A stretch of 64,000 nucleotides of DNA from Desulfitobacteriaceae bacterium (GCA_028709045.1 JAQVXR010000001.1:31221-95220), one strand, 5' to 3'; counted from the first letter of the stretch, positions 1 through 10,261 are shown. Notes: generated from the sequence alone by a model not told the origin. Program-made: numbers and translations.

Positions 1-1505
1 AAACAATTGAAATAGAAGAAGCGGCTGGGCCAAAACCGATGGCCAAATTTTCTCTTGACAAATACCAAGTTATTGTTGGTGAGAAAGTCCAATATTTTGA
101 TGAGAGTTATGATCCTGCAGGAGGGAAAATCTCCGACCGGGTATGGGAAAATAAATCTACATCTTTTACCCAACCCGGGGTTTATGAAATCAAATTGAGG
201 GTAAGAAATAAAGACGGAGTCTGGAGTGACTGGTGCATCCAAGAAATTGAAGTATTGGAGAAGCCAAACGAGCCCCCGGTGGCCAAATTTAGTGTCAACC
301 GGACAAAAGTGGATCAAGGTGTAACAGTTGAATTTACTGACAAAAGCTTTGACCCGGACGGGGATGAGATCACCGAGTACCGCTGGACGGGAAAACAACG
401 GGCATATTTCAGTGAAGGCATCGTGCCTGTGACTCTTCAGGTCAAGGATAAAAGAGGTGACTGGTCTGAACCATATACGGTAGAATTAAATGTAACCGGC
501 CGAGTAGTGATGTCGGAAATAGAATATAATTTGAATTATCCTTTGGCTGGGGAAATGGTTCGATTAAGTGAAGTGAATCCGATTAGTTTCCCGAAATTGG
601 ATCCGGTTTCTCGGGAAGATGACAATACTACATTGATTCTTTCCAATTCTCCCGAGACAGTTGGGAAAAGCGGCCTTCTTTACCGGGATAGCGCTTCCGG
701 ACGAGTCCGCTTAATGTATTCCCATAAAAATATATCAGGCACGGCAAAAAAATTATATATTCTCGCATATAACAACAGTTCTCAAACAGTGAAAATAACC
801 AAAACCCAAAAAGGCTGGGGAGGTCCTTCCCCTGATGATTTAGCAGTTGGTCAGGCATGTCTAAAAAGATACTTAAATTCGTCGCTTAATTCTATCAGCC
901 AGATATCACCGGGAGATACCGTTATCTTGGAACAGGCGGGTGAAGGGAGTCTGATTCATCCTAATCAATCGGTTACCGGGATGACTGATCTATATATAGA
1001 GGGACAGATTTCCTTTATATTTGTTATGGTAGATCCAACATCTGATGTTTTAGGCACCTATGCATCTCTTCCTGAATTGGAAAAGGACAGGCATCCTAGG
1101 GGGACATTTTTTGGTGCCAACCGGGTATATCGGCTGAATATACAGGATCGGGAGTCAACTCGGTTTGTTTTTGGAGACAATTTAATTGACCGATTTATCT
1201 ATGGGACTGATGCTCTAACAGGTGATACCGTTATTAACAAAGGTAATTATGGCGTTGTTTATACGGTGGAAATTAGTGCTGGAACCCGATTGGGTGTTTT
1301 GACCAATCCTCGGGGCGGGGTGTTTATGGGAGCCGGTTTGCTACCTGATGGAACAGTCTATGGATTGCCGGGAGCGGGTTTAATCAAGGATAGTGCCTAC
1401 GGGGTAATGAATATGGTTATAGAAAAGGGCAGAGAGGAAAGGTTTATTTTTAGTCCTCCGGCTTCTTCAAACATGCCGGTTGCCCTGCTCTTTATACCTT
1501 TTTAA
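1..1505 (+). CDS. PKD-repeat protein, 5' end outside window; C-terminal ~330-aa domain of unknown function
   Basis: Track ORF 39..1505. The frame stays open back to position 3 (TIEIEEAAGPKP-MAKFS) and mirrors the linker before the next repeat (IEVLEKPNEPPVAKFS). PKD-like units: GVYEIKLRVRNKDGVWSDW and VPVTLQVKDKRGDWSEP. Confidence 0.7.
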   Translation, partial: TIEIEEAAGPKPMAKFSLDKYQVIVGEKVQYFDESYDPAGGKISDRVWENKSTSFTQPGVYEIKLRVRNKDGVWSDWCIQEIEVLEKPNEPPVAKFSVNRTKVDQGVTVEFTDKSFDPDGDEITEYRWTGKQRAYFSEGIVPVTLQVKDKRGDWSEPYTVELNVTGRVVMSEIEYNLNYPLAGEMVRLSEVNPISFPKLDPVSREDDNTTLILSNSPETVGKSGLLYRDSASGRVRLMYSHKNISGTAKKLYILAYNNSSQTVKITKTQKGWGGPSPDDLAVGQACLKRYLNSSLNSISQISPGDTVILEQAGEGSLIHPNQSVTGMTDLYIEGQISFIFVMVDPTSDVLGTYASLPELEKDRHPRGTFFGANRVYRLNIQDRESTRFVFGDNLIDRFIYGTDALTGDTVINKGNYGVVYTVEISAGTRLGVLTNPRGGVFMGAGLLPDGTVYGLPGAGLIKDSAYGVMNMVIEKGREERFIFSPPASSNMPVALLFIPF

Positions 1506-1530
1506 TTGGTATTTGTAGGCATAGATAAAG

Positions 1531-1565
1531 AACAACCGGAGCTTTTTGGCCCGGTTGTTTTTGTC
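1531..1565. terminator. Intrinsic terminator hairpin between convergent genes
   Basis: aacaaccgg (1531-1539) pairs with ccggttgtt (1551-1559), followed by a T-run. Confidence 0.6.
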
Positions 1566-1575
1566 TTATAAATAA

Positions 1576-2433
1576 TTATTTTTGGTTAATAAATTTATCC
1601 GCAATTAAGTCAATGTCATCCTGATATTTTAGAATAAAATTTAAGGTGGAGGTTATTTTTTTATCCTGAAGAGACTTAATCTGAAGTTCCGTAAGAACCT
1701 TAGCCCAGTCCAGGGTTTCTGCAATACTGGGTTTTTTCTGAAGCTTTTCTTTTCGTATCTGTTGGATGAATTCTACAATCTGCCGGTTCAGGTCATATGA
1801 AATGCCGGGAATCTTAGTTGAAATAATTGCGAATTCCCGCTCAAATTCCGGGTAGTTAATATAATAGTGGACGCACCGTCTTTTTAGCCCGTCGCTGAAA
1901 TCCCGGGATCCGTTGCTGGTGAGAATTACCAAGGGGATCGAACGGGCTTTTATCGTGCCCATTTCCGGAATGGTTACCTGAAAATCAGATAAGGCTTCTA
2001 ATAAGAAGCTCTCAAATTCTTCATCACTTTTATCAATTTCGTCGATTAAAAGAACGACCGGTTGCTCGGAAAGAAAGGCTTTTAATAAGGGACGTAATAG
2101 GAGAAAGTCTTTCGAAAAAATATCCCTTTGAATGGTTTCCCAACTACTGCTGTTTCCGGCGGCGCTCTGAAGGTAGAGAAGCTGTTTCTGGTAATTCCAT
2201 TCATATAGGGCATGGTGTTCATCCAACCCTTGATAACACTGAAGACGAATCAATTCCATATGCAAACTGCTTGAGAGAGATTTAGCCAGTTCGGTTTTCC
2301 CCACACCGGCCGGGCCTTCTAATAGGATCGGCTTTTTTAGGTACATGGAAAGACTTATTACTGTAGCTAAACCTTCGTCGCAGAGATATTGTTGGTTAGC
2401 CAGTTTCTGCTGTATTTCTCTAACCTGCAGCAT
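1576..2433 (-). CDS. MoxR/CoxD-like AAA+ ATPase
   Basis: Walker A GPAGVGKT, Walker B LLIDEIDK; length and layout typical of single-module MoxR ATPases. Confidence 0.85.
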   Translation of the reverse strand: MLQVREIQQKLANQQYLCDEGLATVISLSMYLKKPILLEGPAGVGKTELAKSLSSSLHMELIRLQCYQGLDEHHALYEWNYQKQLLYLQSAAGNSSSWETIQRDIFSKDFLLLRPLLKAFLSEQPVVLLIDEIDKSDEEFESFLLEALSDFQVTIPEMGTIKARSIPLVILTSNGSRDFSDGLKRRCVHYYINYPEFEREFAIISTKIPGISYDLNRQIVEFIQQIRKEKLQKKPSIAETLDWAKVLTELQIKSLQDKKITSTLNFILKYQDDIDLIADKFINQK

Positions 2434-2556
2434 TTTTCACCCTCCGTATTGCTCCAAATATAAAGACAGTATAGCATAAAAGAAAACCGGAACATAGACC
2501 ACGGGGAAGGAATTATGGTATGATAATTTGTAAAATTGCAGCTAGCGGAGGGCGTC

Positions 2557-3897
2557 ATGGAAAAACGGTTGTTGAAATTTATCCGCATGCTTAGGGGTTC
2601 CGGGGTAAGAATTTCCCCCGGTGAATTGACTGAATGCCTCAAGGCGATAAAGCATTTTGGTATTTCCGACAGGGATATGTTTTATCGTCTCTTGAAAGCA
2701 ACATTGATAAAGGCGGAGACAGATCGGGAGATATTTGACCTTGCTTTCAGATTATTTTTTCTGGGAGAAGTGGAAAAGCCTCCTGTATTGAATTGTTCCG
2801 GAAAATACGACGGGTTTACTTCATCTGTTGACGGCTCCGGGACGGGAAAGGCGGGAATGGGGGCAGCTTCCAGGCAGCTTTATCAGGCTCTTCGGGAACG
2901 TAACGGAGAGCTTTTATCCGAGATGGTTCAGAAGCAGTTAGCCGGGCTTCGGTTTAAAGAAGAAAAAATTGATGAATTGGTGCATCGGGTCAAGGTTAAG
3001 ATGGAATGGTTTATGGTGGAAAATGCTGTTGAACGAGACGGGCGCGAAGGAGAAGCTGCTTACCAGGTTCTCAAAGATCTTGAGGATTTCTTAAGGAAGA
3101 GTGTGGAAAAGACCATTGTCAAAAAACGAGGCGAGGAAATAATCGAGGAAATTTTATCTGACGAGAACCTGAGAACCAAAGATTTTGGAGCACTGAATGA
3201 AAGCCAAGTTAAAGAAATGGAAAAAAGAATTGACCGGCTGGCCCATATCCTGGCATCCCGTTATTCGTATCGGCTAAAGCCGGCAAAAACGGGCAGAGTA
3301 GATATGCGTCGAATGTTGCAGCGTGCCGCACGGACAGGCAGAACTCCGGAAAAGCTCTATTACCAAGATAAGGTGATGAACAAACCTTCATTAATTGTGC
3401 TTTGTGATGTTTCAGGGTCTGTGGCTGTTTACAGTGCTTTTTTACTTCAGCTTATTTATGCGATGTCCCGGCGCTTTGAAGATATTAGGACTTTTTTATT
3501 TGTTGATGAGGTGGCTGAAGTAACGCCGGATCTCAAAAAAAGTACTGTCCGGGAGGGGGTAACGGAGGCTTTGTCCCGGGCAAAATGTTCGCGACTGGGG
3601 ATTTCGAATTTTGGTCAGGTTTTTGAACTTTTTCGGAAAGAGTATCAGCATGTTCTGAACCCAAAGAGTTCATTAATTATTTTGGGAGATGCTAAAAATA
3701 ATTGGTATCCTCCCCGAGATGAAGAACTCGCTTTTTTGTCCCAACAAGTGAAACGGGTGGTTTGGCTAAATCCGGAGCCTATGGGGGAATGGAATAAGGA
3801 AGATAGTATTATCGGCAGGTATGCACTAAGCTGCAGTGCTGTCCTGGAATGCCGCAATCTGGAACAACTGGAGCGAGCTATCTGTAAAATTGTCTAA
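2557..3897 (+). CDS. VWA-domain protein, CoxE-like
   Basis: C-terminal VWA fold with MIDAS-like LIVLCDVSGSV. Divergent from the MoxR ATPase, the usual pairing. Start moved to ATG 2557 behind GGAGGG (track start 2536). Confidence 0.8.
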   Translation: MEKRLLKFIRMLRGSGVRISPGELTECLKAIKHFGISDRDMFYRLLKATLIKAETDREIFDLAFRLFFLGEVEKPPVLNCSGKYDGFTSSVDGSGTGKAGMGAASRQLYQALRERNGELLSEMVQKQLAGLRFKEEKIDELVHRVKVKMEWFMVENAVERDGREGEAAYQVLKDLEDFLRKSVEKTIVKKRGEEIIEEILSDENLRTKDFGALNESQVKEMEKRIDRLAHILASRYSYRLKPAKTGRVDMRRMLQRAARTGRTPEKLYYQDKVMNKPSLIVLCDVSGSVAVYSAFLLQLIYAMSRRFEDIRTFLFVDEVAEVTPDLKKSTVREGVTEALSRAKCSRLGISNFGQVFELFRKEYQHVLNPKSSLIILGDAKNNWYPPRDEELAFLSQQVKRVVWLNPEPMGEWNKEDSIIGRYALSCSAVLECRNLEQLERAICKIV

Positions 3898-4019
3898 TCC
3901 TACTCTCTATTATTTGAGGAATTATATCTCGACTATGAAGTAATTCTAAAAAAGATTAAGGAGTATAGTATTATAATGGGTTGGCCAAAATGGTTTTTTT
4001 AAAATGGAGAGTGGGATGA

Positions 4020-5390
4020 TTGGGTAACAGAGCGGGGCGGGAGAAATTTTCCACCGGTCTGGCGGCTTTTTTTGCTACCTTGGGGTCCGCCTTAGGTCTG
4101 GGAAATATTTGGAAGTTCCCCTATTTAGTAGGGGAAAATGGGGGAGGAGCATTTCTTTTCATTTATCTTCTGTGCGTAATTTTCGTTGGTATTCCGGTGA
4201 TGATTTGCGAGTTCTATATCGGCCGTAAGACCAGGAAAAATGCTGTTGGAGCTTTTCAAAAGATAGGGACTAATCCGGCGTGGAAGATCATTGGTTACCT
4301 GGGAGTTTTGTCGGCTTATCTAATTATGTTTTTTTATAGTTGTGTTGCCGGGTGGGTTTATTCTTATGTTTTTAAAGCATTGAAAGGCGATTTTAATGCT
4401 ATCAGTGCCCACTCTGTTGAGGCGGAGCTGACAAAAGCCGTTGTCGGGCCGATATCGCCCCTGTTCTGGCAGCTGGTTGTATTAATAGTGGTATCTGTCG
4501 TTTTGATCTGCGGAGTGAAAAGGGGAATTGAACGGGTAACGAAAACACTGCTTCCCGTCTTATTTATTCTAATTATTATCTGTGCTATCCGGGCAATGAC
4601 CCTTCCCGGTGCTTTTCAAGGCCTCTACTTTCTTTTCCATATAGATTTTTCCCAGTTAACACCCAATATAATTCTGATGGCATTAGGGTTGGCCTTTTTT
4701 AAGCTTTCTTTGGGGATGGGTACCTTGATTACCTATGGCAGTTACTTTACCGAAAACAATAATATGATAACGACGGCGATTAAAGTGGCTTTGTCCGACA
4801 CAGTTGTTTCCTTGCTTGCCGGAATTGCGATCTTTCCGACCGTGTTTTCTTTTAGCATGGAGACAGGTGCCGGTCCGGGGTTACTTTTTCTCACAATTCC
4901 CTTGGTGTTTTCTCAGATTCCTTTCGGGAATATTCTCCTTGCAGCTTTTTTCTTTTTGACATCTATAGCTGCTACTACTGCCATGATTTCCATCGTTGAG
5001 GTATTGGTAGCTTACCTGTCCGAGGAGAAGGGGATGTCCAGAACTAAAGCAGTGATTTTTAATGCTACTCTGATTATGTTTATCGGAATGCTGGCGACTC
5101 TTTCAGCCGATAGGGCAAGTATCTTAGGGGATGTACATATTTTTGGAAGGACATTTTTTCAGTTGTTTGATTTTACGTCATCCAATGTTATTCTCCCTAT
5201 AGGAGGGCTGCTTATCGTGATCTTTGTTGGTTGGGTTGGAGCTAAGGAAGAATTTAGATATGAACTCTCAAATCAGGGAATGTTAAAGACGGATTGGCTG
5301 ATTAGTATTTTCTATTTTTTTATTAAATATGTGGCGCCGGTTCTTTTGGCGGTTGTTTTTTTAAACTCAATTGGCTTGTTTAGGATATAA
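4020..5390 (+). CDS. Sodium-dependent transporter, NSS/SNF family
   Basis: GLGNIWKFPY signature near the N-terminus; polytopic hydrophobic profile; TTG start behind GGAGAG. Confidence 0.85.
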   Translation: MGNRAGREKFSTGLAAFFATLGSALGLGNIWKFPYLVGENGGGAFLFIYLLCVIFVGIPVMICEFYIGRKTRKNAVGAFQKIGTNPAWKIIGYLGVLSAYLIMFFYSCVAGWVYSYVFKALKGDFNAISAHSVEAELTKAVVGPISPLFWQLVVLIVVSVVLICGVKRGIERVTKTLLPVLFILIIICAIRAMTLPGAFQGLYFLFHIDFSQLTPNIILMALGLAFFKLSLGMGTLITYGSYFTENNNMITTAIKVALSDTVVSLLAGIAIFPTVFSFSMETGAGPGLLFLTIPLVFSQIPFGNILLAAFFFLTSIAATTAMISIVEVLVAYLSEEKGMSRTKAVIFNATLIMFIGMLATLSADRASILGDVHIFGRTFFQLFDFTSSNVILPIGGLLIVIFVGWVGAKEEFRYELSNQGMLKTDWLISIFYFFIKYVAPVLLAVVFLNSIGLFRI

Positions 5391-5651
5391 TTATAAATTA
5401 AGTTTCGGGATAGGCTTTTAAATATGGGTGATGCGTTCTTTTTTTAATCTTGTTTTCTCTTTCACCGCTCATAGGGAAGGGCACTTTTTCTATAAGCAGA
5501 TAAAAAGAAATGCGTAGAAGTTTTAGGGAAATTGACATTGTTTGATTTTTGCAAAGTTCATAAAACAAAAATAAAGGAACAGTAGCAGGATTTACTATAG
5601 GAAAGAAGAAAATTAATATTGGGTTTTGCCAAAAAAATATTTGGAGTGAGC

Positions 5652-6500
5652 ATGATGAGTAAAAAGAAACTAACCATACCCCAAATGAAGGCCATGAAGA
5701 AAGCAGGAAAAAGATTCGTGATGTCTACAGCCTATGATTATCCCTCCGCTCTTTTAATAGAAAAAACTGATATTGAAATGATTTTGGTGGGAGATTCTTT
5801 AGGCATGACAATGCTTGGCTACGATAGCACCGTACCTGTAACGATGGAAGATATGGTGCACCATATTAAACCGGTGGTCAAGGGTGCTCCCAATTGTTTT
5901 GTGGTAGGGGATTTACCTTTTGGTTCTTATAATATTAGTGTTGAAGATGCTGTGAGAAATTCAGTCAAACTGATGAAAGATGCGGGAGCGGATGCCGTCA
6001 AACTGGAAGGAGGAGAAACAGTAGCTGAGACTGTGCGCGTTTTAGTGCGGGCGGGAATACCGGTGATGGCCCATATTGGTTTGACGCCTCAGATGATTTC
6101 CCAATTAGGCGGATTTAAAGTTCAGGGTCGGGATGCCATGAGTGCAAGAAAGATCGTTGAAGATGCCCAGGCGCTGGAGGAGGCAGGGGCATTCGGCATA
6201 GTCCTGGAATGTGTTCCGGCTCCTATTGCTAAAATGATTACAGAGAAACTTACCATCCCCACAATTGGAATTGGGGCCGGTGCCGGCTGTGACGGGCAAG
6301 TTCTTGTCTTCCATGACATGCTGGGTTTGTTTGAGAAGTTCCTTCCCAAATTTGCCAAACAATATGCTAATCTAGGACCAACTATCGTTGAAGCGTTGTC
6401 TTCATATTCAGAAGAAGTCCGGACGGGGTGTTTTCCTGATGAAGAGCATAGTTTCAGCATGTCCTTAGAGGAAGTTGAAAAGATTTTCAAGAATAGTTAA
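5652..6500 (+). CDS. panB: 3-methyl-2-oxobutanoate hydroxymethyltransferase
   Basis: PanB-like sequence (STAYDYPSA, VGDSLGM, KLEGG). ATG 5652 behind GGAGTG (track start 5619). Confidence 0.9.
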   Translation: MMSKKKLTIPQMKAMKKAGKRFVMSTAYDYPSALLIEKTDIEMILVGDSLGMTMLGYDSTVPVTMEDMVHHIKPVVKGAPNCFVVGDLPFGSYNISVEDAVRNSVKLMKDAGADAVKLEGGETVAETVRVLVRAGIPVMAHIGLTPQMISQLGGFKVQGRDAMSARKIVEDAQALEEAGAFGIVLECVPAPIAKMITEKLTIPTIGIGAGAGCDGQVLVFHDMLGLFEKFLPKFAKQYANLGPTIVEALSSYSEEVRTGCFPDEEHSFSMSLEEVEKIFKNS

Positions 6501-6510
6501 GGTGATTAAC

Positions 6511-7437
6511 ATGCGGGTAGTTGTAGTAGGTGCGGGTGCCATGGGCTGCTTAACCGGCGGTCTTTTGGCTCAGAGCGGGATAGATGTAATTCTTTTTGAT
6601 AAATTGAATGAGAGAGTTGAGCCAATCTGCCGTCACGGCCTAGTTATTGAAGGGGACAGCGGCTGTCGGTCAATTAAGGTTCAGGCGACAACCCTGGCCG
6701 ATGATTTAGGGACAACAGACATGCTGGTCGTGTTGGTTAAATCCTATGATACTAGGGAAGCGGTCTGGGGAGTCCGAAACTGTATTGGCCGAGAAACTTT
6801 GGTTTTGACATTGCAGAACGGTTTGGGGAACATTGAAGCAATTACTGGGTTAGTCCCTGAGGAAAGAGTTTTTGCCGGCGTCACATCTCACGGTGCCATG
6901 CTTACGGCACCTGGCATTGTGCGCCATAACGGGGGAGCAAAAACACATATCGGGGCTGTCGTAAACGGAGGGGAAGGTCGGGTGCAAAATATAGCCCGGG
7001 TTTTATCAGCGGCAGGGATGGAAACAGAATTTTCCCCTGATATTCAAGGTGCGCTCTGGACAAAACTGATTGTCAATGCGGCGATTAATCCGCTCACTGC
7101 GCTTTCCGGGCTATATAACGGAGAACTCCTGGATAACAGTGAGACATTGGAAGTTATGCGACAAATTGTTAATGAGGCGATGCAGGTGAGCGCAAGGGAA
7201 AAAGTCAATCTGCAGTCAGAGGATATGGTTAGCCATGTAAAATCAATTTGTCAGGCAACTGCGGGCAATAAGTCATCCATGTTGATGGATATTCTCAACG
7301 GACGGCGTACGGAAATTGATGCGATCAACGGAATGATTGTTCAAAAAGCAAAAGAACATTGTTTAGCTACACCGGTAAATGAAACGATTACTCGCCTAGT
7401 GCGGGTTATAGAAAGGAACGAGTCAAACCGGTTATAG
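6511..7437 (+). CDS. panE: 2-dehydropantoate 2-reductase
   Basis: N-terminal Rossmann motif VVVGAGAMG; ApbA/PanE family; directly follows panB. ATG 6511 behind AAGGTGA. Confidence 0.85.
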   Translation: MRVVVVGAGAMGCLTGGLLAQSGIDVILFDKLNERVEPICRHGLVIEGDSGCRSIKVQATTLADDLGTTDMLVVLVKSYDTREAVWGVRNCIGRETLVLTLQNGLGNIEAITGLVPEERVFAGVTSHGAMLTAPGIVRHNGGAKTHIGAVVNGGEGRVQNIARVLSAAGMETEFSPDIQGALWTKLIVNAAINPLTALSGLYNGELLDNSETLEVMRQIVNEAMQVSAREKVNLQSEDMVSHVKSICQATAGNKSSMLMDILNGRRTEIDAINGMIVQKAKEHCLATPVNETITRLVRVIERNESNRL

Positions 7438-7472
7438 AAAAAATAGAGGATTACAATAATACCATGAAAGTG

Positions 7473-7499
7473 AAAAAGCGCCTTCGGCGCTTTTCGTTT
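7473..7499 (+). terminator. Intrinsic terminator after panE
   Basis: gcgcc-ttc-ggcgc hairpin flanked by an A-run and ttttcgttt. Confidence 0.75.
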
Positions 7500-7655
7500 A
7501 TCGGGAGCTAAAAATAAACCTTTATGTTAGGGTTATCAAGGGAAGATGAGGCTATAGACTGTTTTTTGTATTGTCAGGAGTTTTGAATAGTGTTAAAATG
7601 GTTGCAATATTTATTTGGATAATAATACAGGGGTTTAACGCAGGAGTGATTTGTT

Positions 7656-9323
7656 ATGTTGATGAACGGTGCTCAGGCATTAGTAAAAAGTTTAAAATCT
7701 GAAGGCGTGGATATTTTATTTGGCTACCCGGGGGGGGCGGCTTTAACTTTATATGATGCGCTTTACGATTCCGGAATTAGGCATATTTTGACTCGGCATG
7801 AGCAGGGAGCGGCTCATGCGGCAGATGGGTTTGCCCGAGCGACAGGAAAAGTAGGGGTGTGCATTTCTACATCAGGACCAGGGGCGACAAATTTGGTAAC
7901 GGGGATAGCAACTGCTTACATGGATTCAGTTCCCGTAGTCTTTATTACCTCTCAGGTAGCGACCGGTCTTATTGGTAAGGATTCTTTTCAGGAGGCGGAT
8001 ATTACCGGGATAACTACCCCTATTACAAAACACAACGTGCTGGTGAAAAAGCCCCAGGATTTATTGAAGTGTGTGAAGGAGGCTTTTTATATAGCGAGGA
8101 CAGGCCGACCTGGCCCGGTGTTAGTTGATATTCCCAAGGATATATTTGCTGCTAAGATGGATTTTACTTATCCGGAAACAGTAAAATTAAAGGGATATAA
8201 GCCAATTTTTGCGGGAGAAAAGTGCAAAGTTTCATTGGTGGCTGATGCTCTTGCCCAGGCTAAAAAACCGGTATTTTTTATCGGTGGCGGGATTAACATT
8301 GCCGGGGTATCCGAGGAATTTTCTCGTCTAATTGAAAAGACCGGGATCCCTGTAACCACAAGTTTAATGGGCATGGGTGGCTTTCCCTCTGACCATCGAT
8401 TGAATTTGGGAATGTTGGGTATGCACGGTACTTATGCCGCCAATCAGGCTGTAACACAATGTGATTTACTGATTGGGGTGGGGGTACGGTTTGATGACCG
8501 AGTGACAGGGCTGGTATCCCGCTTTGCCCCTAATGCTACCGTGGTTCATTTTGATATTGATCCAGCAGAAATAAATAAGAATATTAAGACAGATATTCGA
8601 GTAGTAGGAGATTTAAACTGGTCCCTGTCCCAGTTGAACAGCATCATTACAAACCCTGATATTAGTGACTGGCAGTGCGCTGTTATGAAGTGGAAACAGG
8701 AAAGACCTCTGACATTTGATGAAGACACGAGAGAAATCAAGCCGCAGAGTGTTATTCAAGAGATTGATCAATTAACTGATGGAAATGCTATCATGGTTAC
8801 TGATACGGGACAGCATCAAATGTGGACCGCTCAATATTACACATTCAAGAAACCCCGTACACTGATTACTTCCGGCGGTCTTGGCACAATGGGATTTGGC
8901 TTGCCTGCTGCTATTGGTGCCCAATTAGGTTGTCCTGACCAACTGGTTTGGGCAATTTCCGGTGATGGAAGCATCATGATGAATTGCCAGGAAATTGCTA
9001 CTGCGGCGGAGCATAATCTGCCCATAAAAACGGCGATTTTAAACAATAAGGGGCTTGGTATGGTGCGCCAGTGGCAGCGCATGTTTTACCAAAAAAGATA
9101 CTCCGGGTCTAAACATGAAAGAGGAACGGATTTTGCTAAACTGGCCGAGGCTCTTGGAGCTAAGGGGATAACGGTGAAATCCGCTCAGGAATTGCGTCCT
9201 GCCTTAGAAGAAGCGATAAAAACACCGGGCCCGGTATTTTTGGATATTTGGGTCAGTGAAGATGAGGACGTGTTGCCGATGGTACCGGCCGGCGCGGCTC
9301 TTGATGAAATGATAGGAGGGTAA
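7656..9323 (+). CDS. ilvB: Acetolactate synthase large subunit
   Basis: ThDP-enzyme motifs (GYPGGA, GGLGTMGFGLPAAIGA); 555 aa; followed by the small subunit. Confidence 0.92.
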   Translation: MLMNGAQALVKSLKSEGVDILFGYPGGAALTLYDALYDSGIRHILTRHEQGAAHAADGFARATGKVGVCISTSGPGATNLVTGIATAYMDSVPVVFITSQVATGLIGKDSFQEADITGITTPITKHNVLVKKPQDLLKCVKEAFYIARTGRPGPVLVDIPKDIFAAKMDFTYPETVKLKGYKPIFAGEKCKVSLVADALAQAKKPVFFIGGGINIAGVSEEFSRLIEKTGIPVTTSLMGMGGFPSDHRLNLGMLGMHGTYAANQAVTQCDLLIGVGVRFDDRVTGLVSRFAPNATVVHFDIDPAEINKNIKTDIRVVGDLNWSLSQLNSIITNPDISDWQCAVMKWKQERPLTFDEDTREIKPQSVIQEIDQLTDGNAIMVTDTGQHQMWTAQYYTFKKPRTLITSGGLGTMGFGLPAAIGAQLGCPDQLVWAISGDGSIMMNCQEIATAAEHNLPIKTAILNNKGLGMVRQWQRMFYQKRYSGSKHERGTDFAKLAEALGAKGITVKSAQELRPALEEAIKTPGPVFLDIWVSEDEDVLPMVPAGAALDEMIGG

Positions 9324-9325
9324 AA

Positions 9326-9823
9326 ATGAAGTATACATTGGCAGTGTTGGTAGAAAACCGTCCTGGAGTTCTCACTCATATTTCCGGCCTGATTTCTCGC
9401 CGGGCGTTTAATATTGAAAGCATTACGGCCGGCTCTACCGAAGAACCGGACATGACCCGTATTACATTGGTTGTTGATGCAGAAAATGAGGATGAATTAG
9501 AACAGGTAGTTAACCAGCTCGATAAACTTGTTTATGTGATAAAAATTGTTAATCTGACTAAAGTTGATTCTATTAACCGGGATATGGCTTTGATTAAAGT
9601 CCGGGCACTTCCGGAAAGTAGATCGGATATTGTAGATATCGTAAGCATTTTTAGAGCAAAAATTGTTGATGTTCATCCGGAGACGATGGTTATTGAACTG
9701 ACTGGGGAAGAAGATAAAATTGACGCCTTGAGTGAAGTGTTAAAAGACCATGGAATCGTTGAGATTGTCCGGACAGGGAAAATAGCTCTTTCCCGGAGTC
9801 CTGTAGCGGCCAAAAATAATTAA
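9326..9823 (+). CDS. ilvN: Acetolactate synthase small (regulatory) subunit
   Basis: ACT-domain N-terminus LAVLVENRPGVL; starts 3 nt after the ilvB stop. Confidence 0.9.
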   Translation: MKYTLAVLVENRPGVLTHISGLISRRAFNIESITAGSTEEPDMTRITLVVDAENEDELEQVVNQLDKLVYVIKIVNLTKVDSINRDMALIKVRALPESRSDIVDIVSIFRAKIVDVHPETMVIELTGEEDKIDALSEVLKDHGIVEIVRTGKIALSRSPVAAKNN

Positions 9824-9861
9824 TGGCAACTCTTAGTTACTTAAGTTAACGTGTCTTCAGT

Positions 9862-9889
9862 AAAAGCCTGCAAATTAGTAGGCTTTTTT
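9862..9889 (+). terminator. Intrinsic terminator after ilvN
   Basis: aaaagcct pairs with aggctttt, followed by a T-run ending at 9889. Confidence 0.7.
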
Positions 9890-9890
9890 A

Positions 9891-10030
9891 TACTATCAGA
9901 TAAGTTTATATAGGTTGATACTAAGTGAACTAAGGCTTCTCCCAAAGGACTGGAATCTTGCGCACTGTAAAAAGCATAATACTAGAAATTCTGGTGTGCC
10001 TGCATTAAAGACTTGAAGAAGCCTAGTTTC
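9891..10030 (+). repeat. Intergenic repeat family, copy A (long form, degenerate 3' hairpin)
   Basis: tactatcag..taagtttatatagg..ttgata..taagtgaactaaggcttc + 59-nt insert (9940-9998) + cctgca..agacttgaagaagcctag. Aligns with copies at 25681, 37948, 44529 and 59577. Confidence 0.7.
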
Positions 10031-10261
10031 CTTTATAATACGGTTAACATGGGTTGCAGTAAGTTTGTGCTTTTGCAGGAGTTTGCTTTTCAATGTCGAA
10101 TTATACTTTGTTTAACTAAAAAACAAATATTTATGTTCTATATTGAACTAACTGGTTTTTCTTTACATTTTCAGGCCGCTTTTTTTGGTAGTCGATTTGG
10201 TCTTTCAATACCAGAAAGGGCCGGCCTTATTTTTTGGTAGTATGCACTTGGAGGGTAGAAA

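Noticed and set aside
2367-2642. Track ORF 2367..2642 (-) spanning the MoxR start and the divergent promoter
   Set aside because: It overlaps both real genes' 5' ends and has no RBS; it is a frame artefact.
7500-7655. T-box leader or Leu/Ile/Val-rich leader peptide upstream of ilvB
   Set aside because: No T-box sequence (GGTGGTACCGCG-like), no specifier-loop architecture, and no short ORF enriched in branched-chain codons.
9896-10240. Track ORFs 9896..10093 (-) and 10013..10240 (+) in the ilvN-downstream gap
   Set aside because: They overlap repeat copy A and AT-rich spacer, have no RBS, and their frames are not preserved in the other repeat copies.
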